Assembly (NCBI GenBank): GCA_031280685.1
Contig: JAITGM010000027.1
Span: 1,705-65,704 of the forward strand
DNA length: 64,000 nucleotides
DNA from: Christensenellaceae bacterium
GTDB lineage: Bacteria > Bacillota > Clostridia > Christensenellales > UBA1750
Reading direction: 5' to 3'
The position numbers were made by a program, and so were the translations under genes. This document shows, in pieces, positions 45,260 to 53,475 of the stretch (its first letter is position 1; every line of letters starts with the position of its first letter). Below the pieces are notes generated by a model. It searched no databases, was not told the origin of the DNA, and saw only the letters and a program-made list of their open reading frames with translations.

Positions 45260-45643
45260 ATGGAAGACGAACGCGATATCGTTGTGTTCACCGATGAAGA
45301 GGGCAACGACTTAGAACTCGAGGTTCTGGACTATATCTTTTACAACGGCGAGGAGTACGCCGTTTTGGCCGCGGTGGAGGAGGAGCACGAGCATCACCAC
45401 GAGCACGGCCATGAGCATCACCACGATCATGATCATGCCCATCACCACCACGATCATGAGCACGATGAGGAAGAGCAGGAGCTGTACCTGATGAAGGTCG
45501 TTCAGCTTGAGGACGATATGGAAGAGTTCGTCCCCATCGAGGACGAAACGCTGATGGACGCGCTGATTGAGATCGTGCAGAAGAACTTCGCCGCCGAATA
45601 TGGTGAGGACGATGAAGACGATGAGGAAGAATCCGAGGAATAA
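45260..45643 (+). CDS. DUF1292 family protein with a histidine-rich insertion
   Basis: The DUF1292 pattern DEEGNDLELEVLDYIFYNGEEYAVL ... EFVPIEDE is present. A 33-aa insert, EEEHEHHHEHGHEHHHDHDHAHHHHDHEHDEEE, is encoded at about 45376-45474. Confidence 0.75.
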   Translation: MEDERDIVVFTDEEGNDLELEVLDYIFYNGEEYAVLAAVEEEHEHHHEHGHEHHHDHDHAHHHHDHEHDEEEQELYLMKVVQLEDDMEEFVPIEDETLMDALIEIVQKNFAAEYGEDDEDDEEESEE

Positions 45644-45658
45644 GCCGTAACCACTCCT

Positions 45659-45690
45659 AAAAAGCCCAAATTGAGCCGCATGGGCTTTTA
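45659..45690 (+). terminator. Terminator of the DUF1292 gene
   Basis: AAAGCCCA (45661-45668) pairs with TGGGCTTT (45681-45688) around a 12-nt loop, and TTTTA follows. Confidence 0.55.
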
Positions 45691-45747
45691 TAAGCGCTTT
45701 CGTCGCCCGGCGAAGGCGCTTTTTGGCGCGCCGCGAAGCCTTTTTGC

Positions 45748-46035
45748 CGTTGTTGCGAGGAGCGCAGAGGCAATCCAGAAGGGCACGCAAATGGCCGCAT
45801 CCAAGCCGAAGCGGGCTGGATTGCTTCGGTCCCCTCACAATGACGAAAAAGGCTGCCTCTAAGCGCAGAGCTTACTTTTGCGGCGACGCAAGGGATTTGC
45901 AGGGCCTGCCGGCAGCGCTTTCGCGGAGGAGCGATTCCCCTGCGTGCCCCCTAAAGAAGGGTGGAAACCGGGCGAATTGCGCCAACGGCTCCTCCCTGTC
46001 GTTGCGAGGAGCGCAGCTGCGAGGCAATGGCAACA
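45748..46035. repeat. Intergenic island E, with a repeated GTTGCGAGGAGCGCAG...AGGCAAT unit and a long imperfect inverted repeat
   Basis: The exact 16-mer GTTGCGAGGAGCGCAG occurs at 45752-45767 and 46001-46016. GCAATCCAG (45770-45778) pairs with CTGGATTGC (45816-45824), and the outer arms are partly complementary (45748-45778 against 45816-45845). Confidence 0.6.
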
Positions 46036-46121
46036 GCAAATCGGCTATGCTGAAGGCATCCTTGTTAGAGGAGGGGAGGGGGAGGGGACGGAGTCCCCCC
46101 ATGCGAAGCCCCGGAAGGGCG

Positions 46122-47084
46122 TCACTCCCAGGCGTCGCCCTGCTCCGCTTTGCGCGCCGCGCGGTAAGCCTCGCCCGCCGATTTGGGCACGCGCAGGCTT
46201 TCGGTCAGGCCGGCGCGGCAAAGGGCAAGCTCCACAAAGCCCTTTTGCTTGAGGGGGTGGCGCCGGATGCGCGCTACGGGGCGCTCGAACGCGCCCTTGG
46301 CGATGGCGATAAAGCCGAACTTTTCATCTTCATAGGGGAGGCTGCCGCCCTTTAGGCGCCGGTGCAGCGCGCTGCGCTCTACCCGCGCGGCGAAGGCGCA
46401 CCAGTCGTTTTCAAGAGGGCAGGGCTCCGCGCCGCGGGGGCAGGGGGCGAGCAGGCTGCCGCCGCAGCGCAGGGCGATCTTCTTCCAGCGCATCAGCCTG
46501 GCATGGCCTTCCGGCGTGCCGGGCTCCACGATCAGCAGCAGCTTTTTTGCGCTTCTCGCCATTTTTTCAACCATTTCGTCGGCTTTTTGGCCGTCCAGCT
46601 CCAAAAGGCAGTACGCGGCCAGAATCAAGTCGCTCTCGGGCAGGGGCAGCTCGCCCATTTCGCCCAAAAGAAGGTTTGGCTGAAGGGCCGGCGCGGCCTC
46701 GTGCAGCAGGGAGACCGCCAGCGAGGCCATTTTCGCGTCCCTTTCGATCAGGGTCACTTCCTTTGGGCCGCAGAGCGACAGAGCGGCCAGGCTGGCCGTG
46801 CCAGGCCCAGCGCCCAGGTCGAGCACGCTGCCGATTTGGCGCAACTCCATGCCCTCGCCCGCGATTGTAAGCGCCCGGCAAACCGCCGCGTAGCAGGCGG
46901 GCAAGCGCGAGAGGGCGTAGCTTAGCACCTCCTCCTGGCCGCCCAACAGGCTTTGGCCATCGCCGCGCTTTTCGCTCGCCCGGTAGCGCGCGCTCAGCGC
47001 TTTCGCGCCGCCCAGCAGCGTTTGCGCGTCGGCCTCGGCCGCAAGGTGCGCAAGCCGGCGCTCGACGGCTTCGGGCAGGCGCAT
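46122..47084 (-). CDS. Rsm22-like SAM-dependent methyltransferase
   Basis: SAM-binding motif VLDLGAGPGTAS, and a C-terminal Cys-containing region APCPRGAEPCPLENDWCAF typical of the Rsm22 family. The start is at ATG 47084. Confidence 0.65.
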   Translation of the reverse strand: MRLPEAVERRLAHLAAEADAQTLLGGAKALSARYRASEKRGDGQSLLGGQEEVLSYALSRLPACYAAVCRALTIAGEGMELRQIGSVLDLGAGPGTASLAALSLCGPKEVTLIERDAKMASLAVSLLHEAAPALQPNLLLGEMGELPLPESDLILAAYCLLELDGQKADEMVEKMARSAKKLLLIVEPGTPEGHARLMRWKKIALRCGGSLLAPCPRGAEPCPLENDWCAFAARVERSALHRRLKGGSLPYEDEKFGFIAIAKGAFERPVARIRRHPLKQKGFVELALCRAGLTESLRVPKSAGEAYRAARKAEQGDAWE

Positions 47085-47200
47085 CAAGATCACTCCCTTC
47101 GTGCAAAAAAGCTGGCAAACTTGGCTGAATTGGTATCGTTTTTGGCTGGCGTGCGCATACTCTATAAAGAACACCATATGGTGAAGGAGGAACGCAGTGT

Positions 47201-47806
47201 ATGAAGCAGCAGAGTATTTCACGCGGCCGTTTCGGCTGGAATGAGGAAGAGATCGAGGCCCTGTGGGAGGAGGTTCGCCTTTGTAACGAGGGAAATGAGC
47301 CTCTCCGCAACGCCTTTGACCGCACGGCCAGCCGCACGGGGCGCAAGGCCAATTCCATACGCAACCACTATTACGCGACACTGAAAGCCCAGGAGGCTCC
47401 GGAGGATCTTTGCATCAAGCGCGCCACGCCCTTTGTGCCCTTCGAGCAGGACGAGGTGCGTAACCTGCTCAAAAACGTGCTGGTGGCGCAGGGGCAAGGG
47501 CAGTCGGTTCGCGCCTGTGTGACCAGGCTGGGCGGCGGGAACAAGACGCTGGCGCTGCGCCTGCAGAATAAATACCGCTCCTTGCTCAAGAGCCACCCGG
47601 AGCTCATCCGCGAAACGGTGGAGGAGCTTCACCAGGGCGGCTTCCCGGCCATAGACCCTTACCGCAAGCAGCGCTCGCTGCCAAGGCCCAGGGTTCGCCC
47701 GCGCGATGGGGTGGAAGCCGAGCTGATCGACCGCCTGCGCGCCGCGGATTCGGGCGCCGCCCTCAAGATCGTGCAGGCCATCGCGGACGCGCTGGAGCGC
47801 GGCTGA
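47201..47806 (+). CDS. Myb/SANT-like DNA-binding protein, RsfA family (prespore regulator-like)
   Basis: W-x19-type Myb repeat: GWNEEEIEALWEEV ... RKANSIRNHYYATLK. This resembles B. subtilis RsfA. Confidence 0.5.
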   Translation: MKQQSISRGRFGWNEEEIEALWEEVRLCNEGNEPLRNAFDRTASRTGRKANSIRNHYYATLKAQEAPEDLCIKRATPFVPFEQDEVRNLLKNVLVAQGQGQSVRACVTRLGGGNKTLALRLQNKYRSLLKSHPELIRETVEELHQGGFPAIDPYRKQRSLPRPRVRPRDGVEAELIDRLRAADSGAALKIVQAIADALERG

Positions 47807-47827
47807 TTCCCTCCTACATAGCGCCTG

Positions 47828-47855
47828 AAAAAACCGCCGCTTCCGGCGGTTTTCT
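47828..47855. terminator. Bidirectional terminator
   Basis: AAAACCGCCG-CTTC-CGGCGGTTTT lies between the convergent rsfA-like and TPR genes. Confidence 0.8.
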
Positions 47856-48571
47856 TATTCGTCTTCCAGGCCCAGGCGCCGCGCCAAATCGAGCGCCTCG
47901 CCCCGGCTGAAGGCATTGAAGCGGCTTTCGGGCCGCAGAAGGGCCTTTTTAAGGAGCGCGCGCGCCTCTTCCTCGCGGCCCGTTTGGGCGCAGAGCTTCG
48001 CAAGCCCGCAGAGGGAATCGAACTGCGCCGGGCTAAGCTCCAGCGCCTTACGGAAGAGCGCTTCGGCGCGTTCGCGTTCGCCCTGGCCGCCCGTGCGGCT
48101 CAAAACCTGGGCCAGATTATCGACGAGAACCGAATCCTCGCCATCGTAGCCGGCGGCCTCCTCGCAAAAGCGCAGGGCTTCGCCATAATCGCCGCTTTGA
48201 TCGCCCTTTTCGATTAAGAGAAGGCCATAAATGCCGCGCACGCTGGCCGATTGGCTCCTTTGGTAGATGCGGGAAAACAGCGTCAGCGCGCGATCCAAAT
48301 CCCCCCTGAGCCAGTAGGCAAGCCCCAGGTTTTGGTAGAGCGACAGCCACTGGCGGGCGTTCATCTTGCGCTTTGAGGCTGCCTTGAAGACCTCAACGGC
48401 CCTTTCGTCGCGCCCCCCGCGCCGGAGCAGCAGCAGCCCGTAGGCCAGCAGCGCCTGCACGTTCTTCGTGCCGCCCGAATAGGCCTTTTCATAAAGCGGA
48501 AGGGCAGCCTTCTCGTTTTTGGTCGCGTGCAGGGCCAGCGCACGCCAGGCGGTGAAATTCGCAAATGCCAA
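47855..48571 (-). CDS. Tetratricopeptide-repeat protein
   Basis: Repeated A-x3-Y/F-x-x-A helical pairs throughout (ALPLYEKAY, NLGLAYWLRGDLDRALTLF, AEALFRKALELSP). TTG start 3 nt after the mrfB stop. Confidence 0.7.
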   Translation of the reverse strand: MAFANFTAWRALALHATKNEKAALPLYEKAYSGGTKNVQALLAYGLLLLRRGGRDERAVEVFKAASKRKMNARQWLSLYQNLGLAYWLRGDLDRALTLFSRIYQRSQSASVRGIYGLLLIEKGDQSGDYGEALRFCEEAAGYDGEDSVLVDNLAQVLSRTGGQGERERAEALFRKALELSPAQFDSLCGLAKLCAQTGREEEARALLKKALLRPESRFNAFSRGEALDLARRLGLEDE

Positions 48572-48576
48572 AGCCG

Positions 48577-49692
48577 TTAACCTCCCTTGTTCAGGCGCCG
48601 GAGCAGCCTCTTTCGCCGCGCGCGCAGGGCTTCCATCTCGGCACCGGGCAGCCCGAGCGCCATGGCTTCCTCGGTCAGGCGCAGGGCCTGCGCATAGTCC
48701 CGCTTTTTGTGCTCGTAGATCTTCGCAAGCTCGACGCGCGCGAAGTTTTCGCCGCCTTGGCCGTCGCTTAGGGCCTGAAGGTGGGCGATGTTCTCATCAA
48801 GCCTGCCCTGCCGCCGATAAAGCCGGCTCAGCGCGAGGCCCGAGAGCAGGCGCGTGCCGCCGCTTAGAGTGAAGGCATAGCAGCGCTCGGCTTCGCGCGG
48901 GCGGCCGGCCCTTTCGAGCGCAAGGCCGGCAGAATAAATATCCTCGGCATGGCGTTGAGCCGTCGGGTCTGCCTGCGCTTTGAGCAATTCACGCAGCAGC
49001 AGGGCCATCGAGAATACGTCCCTTTCGTTATGCTCCAAAACCCGCAAAATCGGCTCTAAATCACCGTTTTTGAGGAAGGCTGCCCAGATCCCGGGGATCA
49101 GCGCGCCCGGGATGTCGTCTTGGCGCGGGGCGCCGAGGATGATTTCTTCGAGCCTGCCCAAATTGCACTGCTTGAGCCGCAGCTTGTAAAGCCTGCGCGC
49201 GCCGTGCAAAAGGTCGAGATGGGGCAGGCCCGTAAAGCCGGGCGGCAGGCGGTTCATCACCATGCGGGCGCGCAGCATGGGCAAATCGAAGCTCTTGCCA
49301 TTGAAGCTTACGAGCAATTCGGCGCCCTTCAAGCACTCCGCCGCGCTGCGAAGAAGATCCTCCTCCTCGTCGTAGTCGCGCATATAGAGCTGGGTCAGTT
49401 CCATTTTGCCGCCCCTTATCCGCCCGATGCCGATTTCAAAGGCCGTGGTGCCCGCCCCGCGCGAAAGGCCCGTGCTCTCGACATCAATAAAGGCCAGGCC
49501 TTCTTCGCAGGCGAAGGCCCGCGCTGCCTCGTCGCCGCCAAGGAAGAAGAGGCCCTCGCGACTGAGGCCGATTTCCCCAAGCGCGAGACTCACCCGCCGT
49601 ATGGCGCAGCGCGGCCGCGGCCGGCTTTCTGGCTGGGGCTCGGCCGGGGCGCTTTGGGCGAGCTGCTTGAGCCTATCCCTAAGAAAGCTCAT
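48577..49692 (-). CDS. mrfB: RNase H-like (DnaQ-fold) exonuclease with C-terminal TPR region, YprB/MrfB family
   Basis: FIDVESTGLS, LVSFNGKSFDLPML, HLDLLHGARRLY. It lies downstream of and overlaps the yprA/mrfA-like helicase by 14 nt. The start is at ATG 49692. Confidence 0.75.
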   Translation of the reverse strand: MSFLRDRLKQLAQSAPAEPQPESRPRPRCAIRRVSLALGEIGLSREGLFFLGGDEAARAFACEEGLAFIDVESTGLSRGAGTTAFEIGIGRIRGGKMELTQLYMRDYDEEEDLLRSAAECLKGAELLVSFNGKSFDLPMLRARMVMNRLPPGFTGLPHLDLLHGARRLYKLRLKQCNLGRLEEIILGAPRQDDIPGALIPGIWAAFLKNGDLEPILRVLEHNERDVFSMALLLRELLKAQADPTAQRHAEDIYSAGLALERAGRPREAERCYAFTLSGGTRLLSGLALSRLYRRQGRLDENIAHLQALSDGQGGENFARVELAKIYEHKKRDYAQALRLTEEAMALGLPGAEMEALRARRKRLLRRLNKGG

Positions 49693-51991
49693 TAGAAAGC
49701 CTCTTTGCCAGAAGGAGGGCGTTCTTCTTGCCATCCTTGCCATAAGGGGAGCCCAGGCACGAGGGGCAGCCCTCCTCGCAGGGGCAGCCTTCGATGGTTT
49801 CCGCGGCGTGGCCGAGTAGCACTTCCATCATCTCGAAGGCCTTATCGGCAAGGCCGATGCCGCCCGGGATGCCATCGGTGATGTAGAGGGTGGGCTTCTT
49901 GGTGAAGCTGTCGCGCACGTGGAAGCTCACGCGGATATCCCAGGTTGCGCACATCAAATACAGCGGCGCGATGGTGCCAAGGGCATAGCTTAGGCCCAGC
50001 ATGGCGTCGCCGGCTTCTTCGCGGCCGAGGCCGGCGAACACGCCCTCTTCCACGGTTAGCCACATGGCGGAGCTGTGCATTTCAAGCTCGGGCAGGTTGA
50101 CCTCACCAAAGCCCAGATTCTCGTGCGTGTCGAACTTCATCTTTTTGAAGACGCTGACGATGGAAGTGACCAGCACCTCGCCCAGGCTCAGCGCGCCGCG
50201 CGTGCGGAACACGTCCAAGACCCGCAGGTTGACGGTTAGGTCGGCATCGGTGTAATAATCGACGTCCACCTTGCGGATATAGGCCTTTTTATCGTCGAAA
50301 TCGAGGGATTCGACCTGGTATTGCTGGGCGTTGTGCAAATAGATCGCCCTCTCGTGCAGGAGCATGGGCACGGTGTAGCGATCCATCTCGCCGATGACCT
50401 CGTGGTGGGCCGGGTCGCTGATGTCGATGATCAAAAAGTTTTCGTCAAAGGCCGATCTGAGCGATACCTCGGCCGAGGGGAAATCGTCCGCCATCCAGTG
50501 GTAGCGCCCGCCCGAAAGATGGAGGATGTTCTCCTCCTCGAGGTAGCGCAGCATCTCCCCGGTGGCCGGCGCGTCGCCAAAAAGCTCCCCTTGGGCGAAG
50601 GGCAGCTCGTAGGCCGCGCACTTTAGGTGGTTGAGCAGCACGAAGAGATTGCCGGGGTTGATGGAAGCGTGCTCGGGTGACTGATCGAGAAAGTATTCGG
50701 GGTGGTTGACGATGTATTGGTCCAGCGGGGCTGAGGAGGCCACCAAAAAGGTCGCGCTCGAGCCATGCCGCCGGCCCGCGCGCCCGGCCTGCTGCCAGGT
50801 GCTGGCCACGGAGCCCGGGTAGCCGCAGAGCACGCAGGCTTCGAGCTGGCCAATGTCGATGCCAAGCTCCAGTGCGTTGGTTGAAACCACGGCGCGCACC
50901 TCGCCGCTGCGCAGCCCGCGCTCGATTTCGCGGCGAAGGTTGGGCAAATAGCCGCCGCGGTAGCCGCGAACGGCATCTGAATTGCCCAAAACATCGGCGA
51001 CGAGGCGCTTTAGGTAGGTTGTTAAAACCTCGACATTGAGCCTGGAACGCGCGAAGGTGATGGAATGGATGCCGTTTTGCAAAAGCTCGCCCGCGAGGCG
51101 CCGCGCGTGGCTGAGCGAGCTTTCGCGGATGCCTAGCTGGCGGTTGACGACCGGCGGATTATAAAAGACGAGGTTTTTCTCGCCCGAAGGGGCGCCGTTT
51201 TCATCGATGAGGGCGGTCTTTTCGCCGATGATCTGCGCGGCCAGTTCGCCCGGGTTGGCGATGGTGGCCGAGCAGCAAATAAACTGCGGATTCGAGCCAT
51301 AAAAGGCGCAGAGCCGCCGCAGGCGCCGGATGACGTTGGCCATGTTCGAGCCAAACACACCCCGGTAGACGTGAAGCTCGTCGATGACGACGAACTTTAG
51401 GTTTTCAAAGAGCTTGACCCAGTTGAGATGGCCGGGCAGGATGGCCGCGTGCAGCATATCGGGGTTGGTGACCACGATGTTGCCGGCGGCGCGCACGGCG
51501 TTGCGTGCGTTGACCGCGGTGTCGCCATCGTAGGTGAAGGCCTTGATGCCGTCCCCGGCTTCGTCGAGCAGGCCGATGAAGGCATTGAGCTCCGCCACCT
51601 GGTCGGCTGCCAGCGCCTTGGTGGGGAAGATGAAGAGCGCCCGGGCCGCCTTATCTTCGAGCATGGCCTGCAGGCTGGGCAGGGTATAGCAAAGGCTCTT
51701 GCCCGAGGCCGTCGGGGTGACGACGGTAAGATGCTTCCCCGCAAAAACAGCGTCCAGCGCCTGGCGCTGGTGGCTATAGAGCTGATAGATCCCCCGGCGG
51801 TTCAGCGCCCGCTTGAGGGGCTCAGCCAGCCGCGCGGAGAAGTCCGAAAAGCGCGCGGGCTTCGGCTCGACCCTCTCCCAATGGGTGACGGAAGCCATGA
51901 AGGCGGGATCGCCCCGCTTTTTTTGCAAAAACTGTTCCAAATTCAAGCCCTTTTGCCCCCTCGCGCCCTTTTGCGTATATTGTACAACCAT
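49679..51991 (-). CDS. mrfA: DEAD/DEAH-box helicase with C-terminal DUF1998 zinc domain, YprA/MrfA family
   Basis: PTASGKSL, VIDELHVYRG, QQAGRAGRR, and the C-terminal Cys4 motif CPCEEGCPSCLGSP. Confidence 0.8.
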   Translation of the reverse strand: MVVQYTQKGARGQKGLNLEQFLQKKRGDPAFMASVTHWERVEPKPARFSDFSARLAEPLKRALNRRGIYQLYSHQRQALDAVFAGKHLTVVTPTASGKSLCYTLPSLQAMLEDKAARALFIFPTKALAADQVAELNAFIGLLDEAGDGIKAFTYDGDTAVNARNAVRAAGNIVVTNPDMLHAAILPGHLNWVKLFENLKFVVIDELHVYRGVFGSNMANVIRRLRRLCAFYGSNPQFICCSATIANPGELAAQIIGEKTALIDENGAPSGEKNLVFYNPPVVNRQLGIRESSLSHARRLAGELLQNGIHSITFARSRLNVEVLTTYLKRLVADVLGNSDAVRGYRGGYLPNLRREIERGLRSGEVRAVVSTNALELGIDIGQLEACVLCGYPGSVASTWQQAGRAGRRHGSSATFLVASSAPLDQYIVNHPEYFLDQSPEHASINPGNLFVLLNHLKCAAYELPFAQGELFGDAPATGEMLRYLEEENILHLSGGRYHWMADDFPSAEVSLRSAFDENFLIIDISDPAHHEVIGEMDRYTVPMLLHERAIYLHNAQQYQVESLDFDDKKAYIRKVDVDYYTDADLTVNLRVLDVFRTRGALSLGEVLVTSIVSVFKKMKFDTHENLGFGEVNLPELEMHSSAMWLTVEEGVFAGLGREEAGDAMLGLSYALGTIAPLYLMCATWDIRVSFHVRDSFTKKPTLYITDGIPGGIGLADKAFEMMEVLLGHAAETIEGCPCEEGCPSCLGSPYGKDGKKNALLLAKRLSNELS

Positions 51992-52345
51992 TTTGGGGCG
52001 CGCGCAACGCGCCCGCGCTCCGGGCGCGGCTTATTTTGCGCTTATATACACGGCAGCGCGAATAACCGCCATCGTGGACGGCGATCCCGCCTTCTTTAAA
52101 ATTAAGGATCGTGGGGCAAAAGCCCCAATATATAGGTGGCGTAGCGCCTGCCGGCACGAAGCTGGGTGAAATCGCGCGGGGGGATCTCGCTTCGGGCATT
52201 GGGCGCATTCTCTTACTTTGCCAAAAACAGTTCACGCCCCCAAATGGGGCAGGGAGCAATGCTTTGCCCCGCACTTTCAGGGAAGAGATAAATTCGTCAA
52301 GTTGTATATGTCAAAAAAAGTTTACTTTTGCCGATTCTTCAGGTA

Positions 52346-52354
52346 TGGTATAAT
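52346..52354 (+). promoter_or_regulatory. Extended -10 promoter element of the surface-protein gene
   Basis: TGGTATAAT (TGnTATAAT) in an AT-rich stretch, 52 nt upstream of ATG 52406. Confidence 0.55.
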
Positions 52355-52405
52355 GGAAAAAGTGATTGAAATGGACTTACTAAACAACGAAATGAGGGTA
52401 CTACA

Positions 52406-53425
52406 ATGAAAGGGCGTTGGCTTAAAGGTGTGCACAAAAAGGCTCTTGCGCTGGGAATGGTTCTCTGGGCCATTCTGCTCATGCCGATGGCGGGGACGAC
52501 CTCTGCCGCGGGGGAGGTTTCATTCACCATTAAGGCGAATGTGCTCGCGTACGGCGCGCCACTGACCGCAGGGCTGTTTCAGTTTGAATTGCTTAAACTC
52601 GCGGACGGTTTCCCCGTAATTCAAACCGTTTCAAACGCTGAGGACGGCTTGATTACCTTCAACGTAACAACCGCCTTGCCTGACACAATTAATCCAGTAA
52701 TGCCCAATATGTTCTATATCCGCGAAGTCGTGCCGCGGCCTTCCGGTTGGGTATTGAATCCGAATGAAACACTGCGCGTAATGGTGTACTACACTGAGCA
52801 CGGCACAGTAGCGAGTATAAAGTACCCTGATGGGCAAGAGTTTTCCCATTACTACACGGCGCCCGTGAGCGTGGAGCTCAACGTGGAGACCCAGGCAGTC
52901 GGCGCCGCCCTGCCCGATGATTACTTCGAATTTGGCCTGTTCGACGAAGATGGCGATCTCGTTGCGACCGTTAAAAATGACGCGGTGGGGAATGTTGATT
53001 TCTCGCCGCTGGCCATTGGCAGCGACGGCGTTCATAACTACACCATTCGCGAGCTTACGCCTTCGGGCGGGAGATGGATCACCGACACCAAGGTGTTTTC
53101 GGTCCAAATCATCGCTACCTATAACGGCAGCAGCGGTGCATTTGACGTTGACACAGTTTACCCAGATGGCCCGCCCATTTTCGTCAACGAATACAGGCCG
53201 CCAAAGCCCATTGGCGGCGGGGGCGCGAATGCCGAAACGGCCGATGAAAGCCCGACGCCTTCGCCCAGCGGCAGCCCGCTGCCAACGCAAAGCCCTGACT
53301 TCTTGATGCCCGTTCCCCAAACGGGCATTGAGGACGGCGCGGCGCTTTGGCTCGCGCTGGCGATTATTGGCCTGCTTGGCAGCGCGTATTTGTTCCGCTG
53401 GTTGCGCGGCTTGCGGCGCGCATAA
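52406..53425 (+). CDS. Sortase-anchored surface protein with Spy0128/FctA-like (pilin isopeptide-type) domains
   Basis: N-terminal signal peptide. Two repeats of the FxFEL/FEFGLFDEDG...NYTIRE pattern. The C-terminal sorting signal is VPQTG, followed by a hydrophobic helix and RWLRGLRRA. Confidence 0.7.
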   Translation: MKGRWLKGVHKKALALGMVLWAILLMPMAGTTSAAGEVSFTIKANVLAYGAPLTAGLFQFELLKLADGFPVIQTVSNAEDGLITFNVTTALPDTINPVMPNMFYIREVVPRPSGWVLNPNETLRVMVYYTEHGTVASIKYPDGQEFSHYYTAPVSVELNVETQAVGAALPDDYFEFGLFDEDGDLVATVKNDAVGNVDFSPLAIGSDGVHNYTIRELTPSGGRWITDTKVFSVQIIATYNGSSGAFDVDTVYPDGPPIFVNEYRPPKPIGGGGANAETADESPTPSPSGSPLPTQSPDFLMPVPQTGIEDGAALWLALAIIGLLGSAYLFRWLRGLRRA

Positions 53426-53428
53426 ACG

Positions 53429-53468
53429 AAAAAGAGCCTTCAATCGCGCGATTGAAGGCTCTTTTTTT
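53429..53468. terminator. Bidirectional terminator
   Basis: AAAAAGAGCCTTCAATCGCGCGATTGAAGGCTCTTTTTTT lies between convergent genes. Confidence 0.85.
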
Positions 53469-53475
53469 GCTTCGT

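Noticed and set aside
46068-46100. The G-run tract GGAGGGGAGGGGGAGGGGACGG as a G-quadruplex element.
   Set aside because: It has only three runs of at least three G plus GG dinucleotides. It also pairs locally (GGGGA-CGGAG-TCCCC) next to the 3' end of the Rsm22-like gene. This is too weak to call a functional G4.
49679-51991. The DUF1998 helicase as part of a DISARM- or Druantia-like phage defence system.
   Set aside because: The partner genes are a YprB-type exonuclease and TPR proteins, matching the conserved MrfAB repair pair. No methyltransferase, PLD nuclease or very large DruE-like partner is present.
51992-52300. A possible small RNA or small ORF in the 400-bp gap upstream of the surface-protein gene.
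   Set aside because: I saw only short hairpins (TGGGGC-AAAA-GCCCCA, CCGCGC-TCCGG-GCGCGG), with no promoter-terminator pair and no recognisable RNA family signature. The ORFs there have implausible composition.
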